From NCBI GenBank assembly GCA_040755995.1, contig JBFMAF010000015.1, forward strand, positions 50,696-114,695: 64,000 nt of DNA. The letters run 5' to 3'. Position 1 is the first letter of the stretch, and each line of letters starts with the position of its first letter. This DNA comes from Acidobacteriota bacterium (lineage in GTDB: Bacteria > Acidobacteriota > CAIWXX01). The translations under genes and the position numbers were made by a program. The notes beneath the pieces were generated by a model that saw only the letters and a program-made list of their open reading frames with translations, searched no databases and was not told where the DNA came from. This document shows, piece by piece, positions 61,253 through 64,000 of the stretch.

Positions 61253-63163
61253 CTAACCTCCTACCCTCACCCCCACGCCGCCGTAGATCCGGCGCAGCGG
61301 CATCGGGTAGCCCGGCTCGGTGACGTAGTTCTTGTTGAAGAGGTTGTCTGCGCGCAGAAAGAGGCGCAGGACCGAGATGGTCCTGTCGACGCTGGCTCCC
61401 GCCACGAAGTACCCTGGCGCCTTGAGGGTGCCCGACGACGATGCAATGGTGCACTCTGAGGTGGCCAGTCCCCAGACGGCGAACGAGAAGCCTCTACCCG
61501 GCTTGCCGTTCAGCATGAAGTTGAACTGGTGACTGGGAACCAGGTCGAGTGGGAGGTCCTTGTCCTGGTTCCTCGCGTTCAAGTAGGTGTAGTTGGCGGA
61601 GAGGTCGAGCCACCGGATCAGCTTGCCCGCCTCCAGCTCGAACCCGCTGATCCGCGCTCTATCGATGTTCTCGTAGTATTTTGACCCGTCCGGGCGCCTG
61701 ACCGAGTTGATCAGGTCTTTGAATGAGTTGTAGAAGACGGCGCTGGCGAGCCTCACCTGCTTGTCATAAGCGAAGCCGACCTCGATGTCGGTGCCGATCT
61801 CGTCCTGCAGGTCGGGATTGCCGTCACTGGGGCTATAGAGCTCCTTCATCGTCGCAAACCTGGTCTTGCGCGACACCGAGAAGTGGATATCGGTGTATTC
61901 CACGGGATTGTACTTGACGCCGGCCAGTGGGCTGAAGGAGGTCGTGTTGTCACCGGTCATCTTGTCGAGGTAGTCGACTCCGGCGCCCGCGACCAGCTTC
62001 CATTTCTCGCCGATCCCGATGTGGTCCTCGACGCCGAACGAGACGGTGCGCTGATCATAGTGGTCCACCGGTTCATCCACGTCGTCCTGGGTGTTGGCCT
62101 GATCGGACCGGAAGCCGAAGCTGAACTTGAGGTCGTTGTGCTCGACCAGGGGCATCGAACCGATGACGGTGGCTCCGGCCGATTCGTTCTTGAAGGTCGA
62201 CTCCCAATCCAGCGTCTTCATCTCGGCCGTCTTGTAGGAATCCAGGACGTTGTAGTAACGCACGTAGTACGCGCGGACCTTCAGCTGGCCGTCCTCGCGG
62301 AAGCCGAACGTGCCGCCTGCGTTGAAGTTGAGCCGATTCCAGTCCTTGAAGTACCAGTACCGAGGCCTGTAGTACTGAGTCGCCCACGGGATACCGTAAT
62401 CGGACGTGTAGTACGACGCCTCCGCCATTAGCTCGCTCGTCTGTCCCGGGTAGTAAAGGAACTTGCCCGAGATGTTCGTGCGGTCGTAGTCGGAGTTGGC
62501 GCGGAGCTGCTCAGTGCCGCTCGCGTCCTCGTAGGGGAAGCCGTCGGACTTGTCGAAGGAGGCCGTGCCGGTGAACACCATGTCCTCGTGCACGAGCGAA
62601 CCGGCGCCACCGGCGAAATACGTGCTGCGCTCGGCGCCCATCAGCGTGAATGAGCCGTGCGTGGCAGTAGGCCGCTTGGTGATGATGTCGACGACACCTC
62701 CGAGCGCGTTCGGACCGTATAGCACCGACGAAGCGCCCTTGACAATCCGTATGTCCTCGATCTCGTCGGTCATGATCGTCTTGACGTCAAAGCTGCCGAA
62801 GTACGGTTCGCTGATCGGAATGCCGTCGTACATCAGCGAAAGCTTGCGGCTGTCGAGCCCGCGCACCTTCAGCCCGAACTCGTTCTTGGTGCCCACGGAT
62901 ACGAACGTGCCCGTGCTCATCGACAGGGGTTGCGTCAGGTCGGTTGCGTGCATCGCTTCGATGGTCTCGCGCTTGACCTGGCACGTCGAGGAAATAGGCC
63001 GGTCCTTGGGCGCTTCGCCCACGACCACGATCTCCTCGGTGACGGTGGTTCTCGGTTCGGCTTTCGACTGATCCTCCTGATCCTGCTCGGAAGCCCATCC
63101 AATCGATACGAATGCGAACGCCGCAATGAAAGGGAAGAAAACATAAGGCTGGCCGTGTCTCAT
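61253..63163 (-). CDS. TonB-dependent outer-membrane receptor
   Basis: Signal peptide, TonB-box-like EEIVVV, plug motif IRIVKGASSVLYGPNALGGVVDIITK, NPDL..E, NLFNKNY. Confidence 0.93.
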   Translation of the reverse strand: MRHGQPYVFFPFIAAFAFVSIGWASEQDQEDQSKAEPRTTVTEEIVVVGEAPKDRPISSTCQVKRETIEAMHATDLTQPLSMSTGTFVSVGTKNEFGLKVRGLDSRKLSLMYDGIPISEPYFGSFDVKTIMTDEIEDIRIVKGASSVLYGPNALGGVVDIITKRPTATHGSFTLMGAERSTYFAGGAGSLVHEDMVFTGTASFDKSDGFPYEDASGTEQLRANSDYDRTNISGKFLYYPGQTSELMAEASYYTSDYGIPWATQYYRPRYWYFKDWNRLNFNAGGTFGFREDGQLKVRAYYVRYYNVLDSYKTAEMKTLDWESTFKNESAGATVIGSMPLVEHNDLKFSFGFRSDQANTQDDVDEPVDHYDQRTVSFGVEDHIGIGEKWKLVAGAGVDYLDKMTGDNTTSFSPLAGVKYNPVEYTDIHFSVSRKTRFATMKELYSPSDGNPDLQDEIGTDIEVGFAYDKQVRLASAVFYNSFKDLINSVRRPDGSKYYENIDRARISGFELEAGKLIRWLDLSANYTYLNARNQDKDLPLDLVPSHQFNFMLNGKPGRGFSFAVWGLATSECTIASSSGTLKAPGYFVAGASVDRTISVLRLFLRADNLFNKNYVTEPGYPMPLRRIYGGVGVRVGG

Positions 63164-63167
63164 CGCA

Positions 63168-63262
63168 TCTCCTTTCCAAACACGGGAGGCGAGTCCGTTT
63201 CCAGGCTCACCCTATCGGCCGGCGTGCATGGCGTTGCGCTGTAGCCTCGCCGGCTCGGAGCG
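63168..63262 (-). promoter_or_regulatory. Moco RNA motif (molybdenum/tungsten-cofactor riboswitch candidate), P3-less variant
   Basis: Minus strand reads CTCC-GA-GCCGGCG..CGCCGGC-CGAT-AGGGTGAGCCTG-GAAA-CGGACTCGCCT-CCCGTGTTTGGAAAGGAG. The 3' block closely matches the E. coli moaA leader as I recall it (GCCTCCCGTATTTGGAAAGG). The SD forms the P1 3' strand. Confidence 0.82.
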
Positions 63263-63269
63263 TCCCGGC

Positions 63270-63300
63270 ATTCTACTCGAAGGCCGGGTCAGCCTGTCAA
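63270..63300 (-). promoter_or_regulatory. Putative sigma70 promoter for the riboswitch/TonB receptor transcript
   Basis: TTGACA-N19-TAGAAT. The spacer is long, but the predicted +1 falls at the riboswitch 5' end. Confidence 0.45.
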
Positions 63301-63360
63301 GGTTCTGGAAACCCCGTTAGTCGAGGCAACAAGAAGTGGGGAGTCGTAAAATGAGTCCCG

Positions 63361-63768
63361 ATGGAAGAACAGAGAAGAAGAAACATGGCAGGCGTCGCGA
63401 GAGGGTTTGCCTCCCGCCTTCGAAAGGCGCGCACGGATCGAAGCCTATCTGAGAAGCAGTTGGCTGACATGGTCGGTACGCACGTTATGCAGATCTCTCG
63501 GTATGAGCGCGGAGAGGTCTTGCCAGCGTTCGAGATGGCTTTGACGCTTGCGGAGGTACTCCACATTTCAGCCGACGTTCTGCTTCTTGGCCGGGAAGAA
63601 GCGAAGTCCCAGACAATCCCCGCTATCAATGACCTACGCCTCTATGAGCGATTCCTGGAAGCTGAGAAACTCGAACGTCAGGATCGCCAGGCCATCATCC
63701 TCCTCATCGACCGCGTCATCACCCACCGCTCTGTCGAAGCGCAGATCGACAAGCATCGCCGCGCCTGA
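63361..63768 (+). CDS. XRE-family HTH transcriptional regulator
   Basis: RLRKAR..RSLS..QLA..VG....QISRYERG..LP....LAEVL..SAD.LL; start could be 63385. Confidence 0.85.
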   Translation: MEEQRRRNMAGVARGFASRLRKARTDRSLSEKQLADMVGTHVMQISRYERGEVLPAFEMALTLAEVLHISADVLLLGREEAKSQTIPAINDLRLYERFLEAEKLERQDRQAIILLIDRVITHRSVEAQIDKHRRA

Positions 63769-63887
63769 GCCCGTCCCCGCGGGCGCGAAGAGTTAAAGAT
63801 CAAGAGGTGGCACCGCTCATCGTTCAAGGTCCCAGTCTAGCGCGACGCACGCCGGCGGCGAGAAATGTAAAATGTAAAGACACGGTC

Positions 63888-64000
63888 GTGCGTCCAGCGA
63901 AGGCTGGCGCGTTCTGCGGGAGACAGTCCCGCTGGGGTAGAAGCCAGAAGCCCCATAGCTTGGATGGCAGGGAGGAGGGAGACCAATGACCTGAAGCCCA
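63888..64000 (+). ncRNA. Probable 5' end (domain I) of a group II intron, IIC-like; truncated by the window edge
   Basis: Begins GTGCG; stems CCAGC/GCTGG, GCGGGA/TCCCGC and TGGGG/CCCCA; GAAGCCAGAAG, TAGCTT, GGAGAC and CTGAAG occur in the order typical of IIC domain I. Confidence 0.6.

Noticed and set aside
63168..63262. Cobalamin or TPP riboswitch upstream of the TonB receptor
   Set aside because: It lacks the B12-box/GGGAA..GCCACTG and TPP CTGAGA signatures; the Moco motif fits instead.

Overview
GC-rich bacterial chromosome segment. The gene set (GWxTD-domain protein, 'MITGFNTD' protein, VPS10-like hydrolase, TonB receptor) suggests a diderm, possibly Acidobacteriota-like host; this is an inference. 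Most of the window is housekeeping or envelope genes: pgm, fur, clpS-clpA, Ca2+/H+ antiporter, pyrE, bioY, creD-like, sthA, a ChvI/ChvG-like pair, rfbABD, argS, a GldAFG-like ABC system, amrB, ssb and nadK. There are two tRNA genes, Asp-GTC and Arg-TCG. The tRNA-Arg 3' end is an integration hotspot (about 21.3-33.9 kb). It holds a 9.1-kb capsid-less, phage-satellite-like element bounded by 49-bp att direct repeats, encoding an integrase, two excisionase-like HTH proteins, a Prim-Pol/helicase and Kelch/lipoprotein cargo. That element contains a 28-bp XerCD dif-like site. A remnant region with a Panacea (DUF4065) toxin-antitoxin pair follows it. A 990-bp RHH-ORF6N-integrase' module occurs twice in inverted orientation, and its ORF6N genes contain a coding palindrome with a compensatory substitution between copies. 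Near the right end, a P3-less Moco/tungsten-cofactor riboswitch-like RNA overlaps the ribosome-binding site of a TonB-dependent receptor, and a probable group IIC intron begins at 63888. All calls come from visual motif recognition; no database searches were run.
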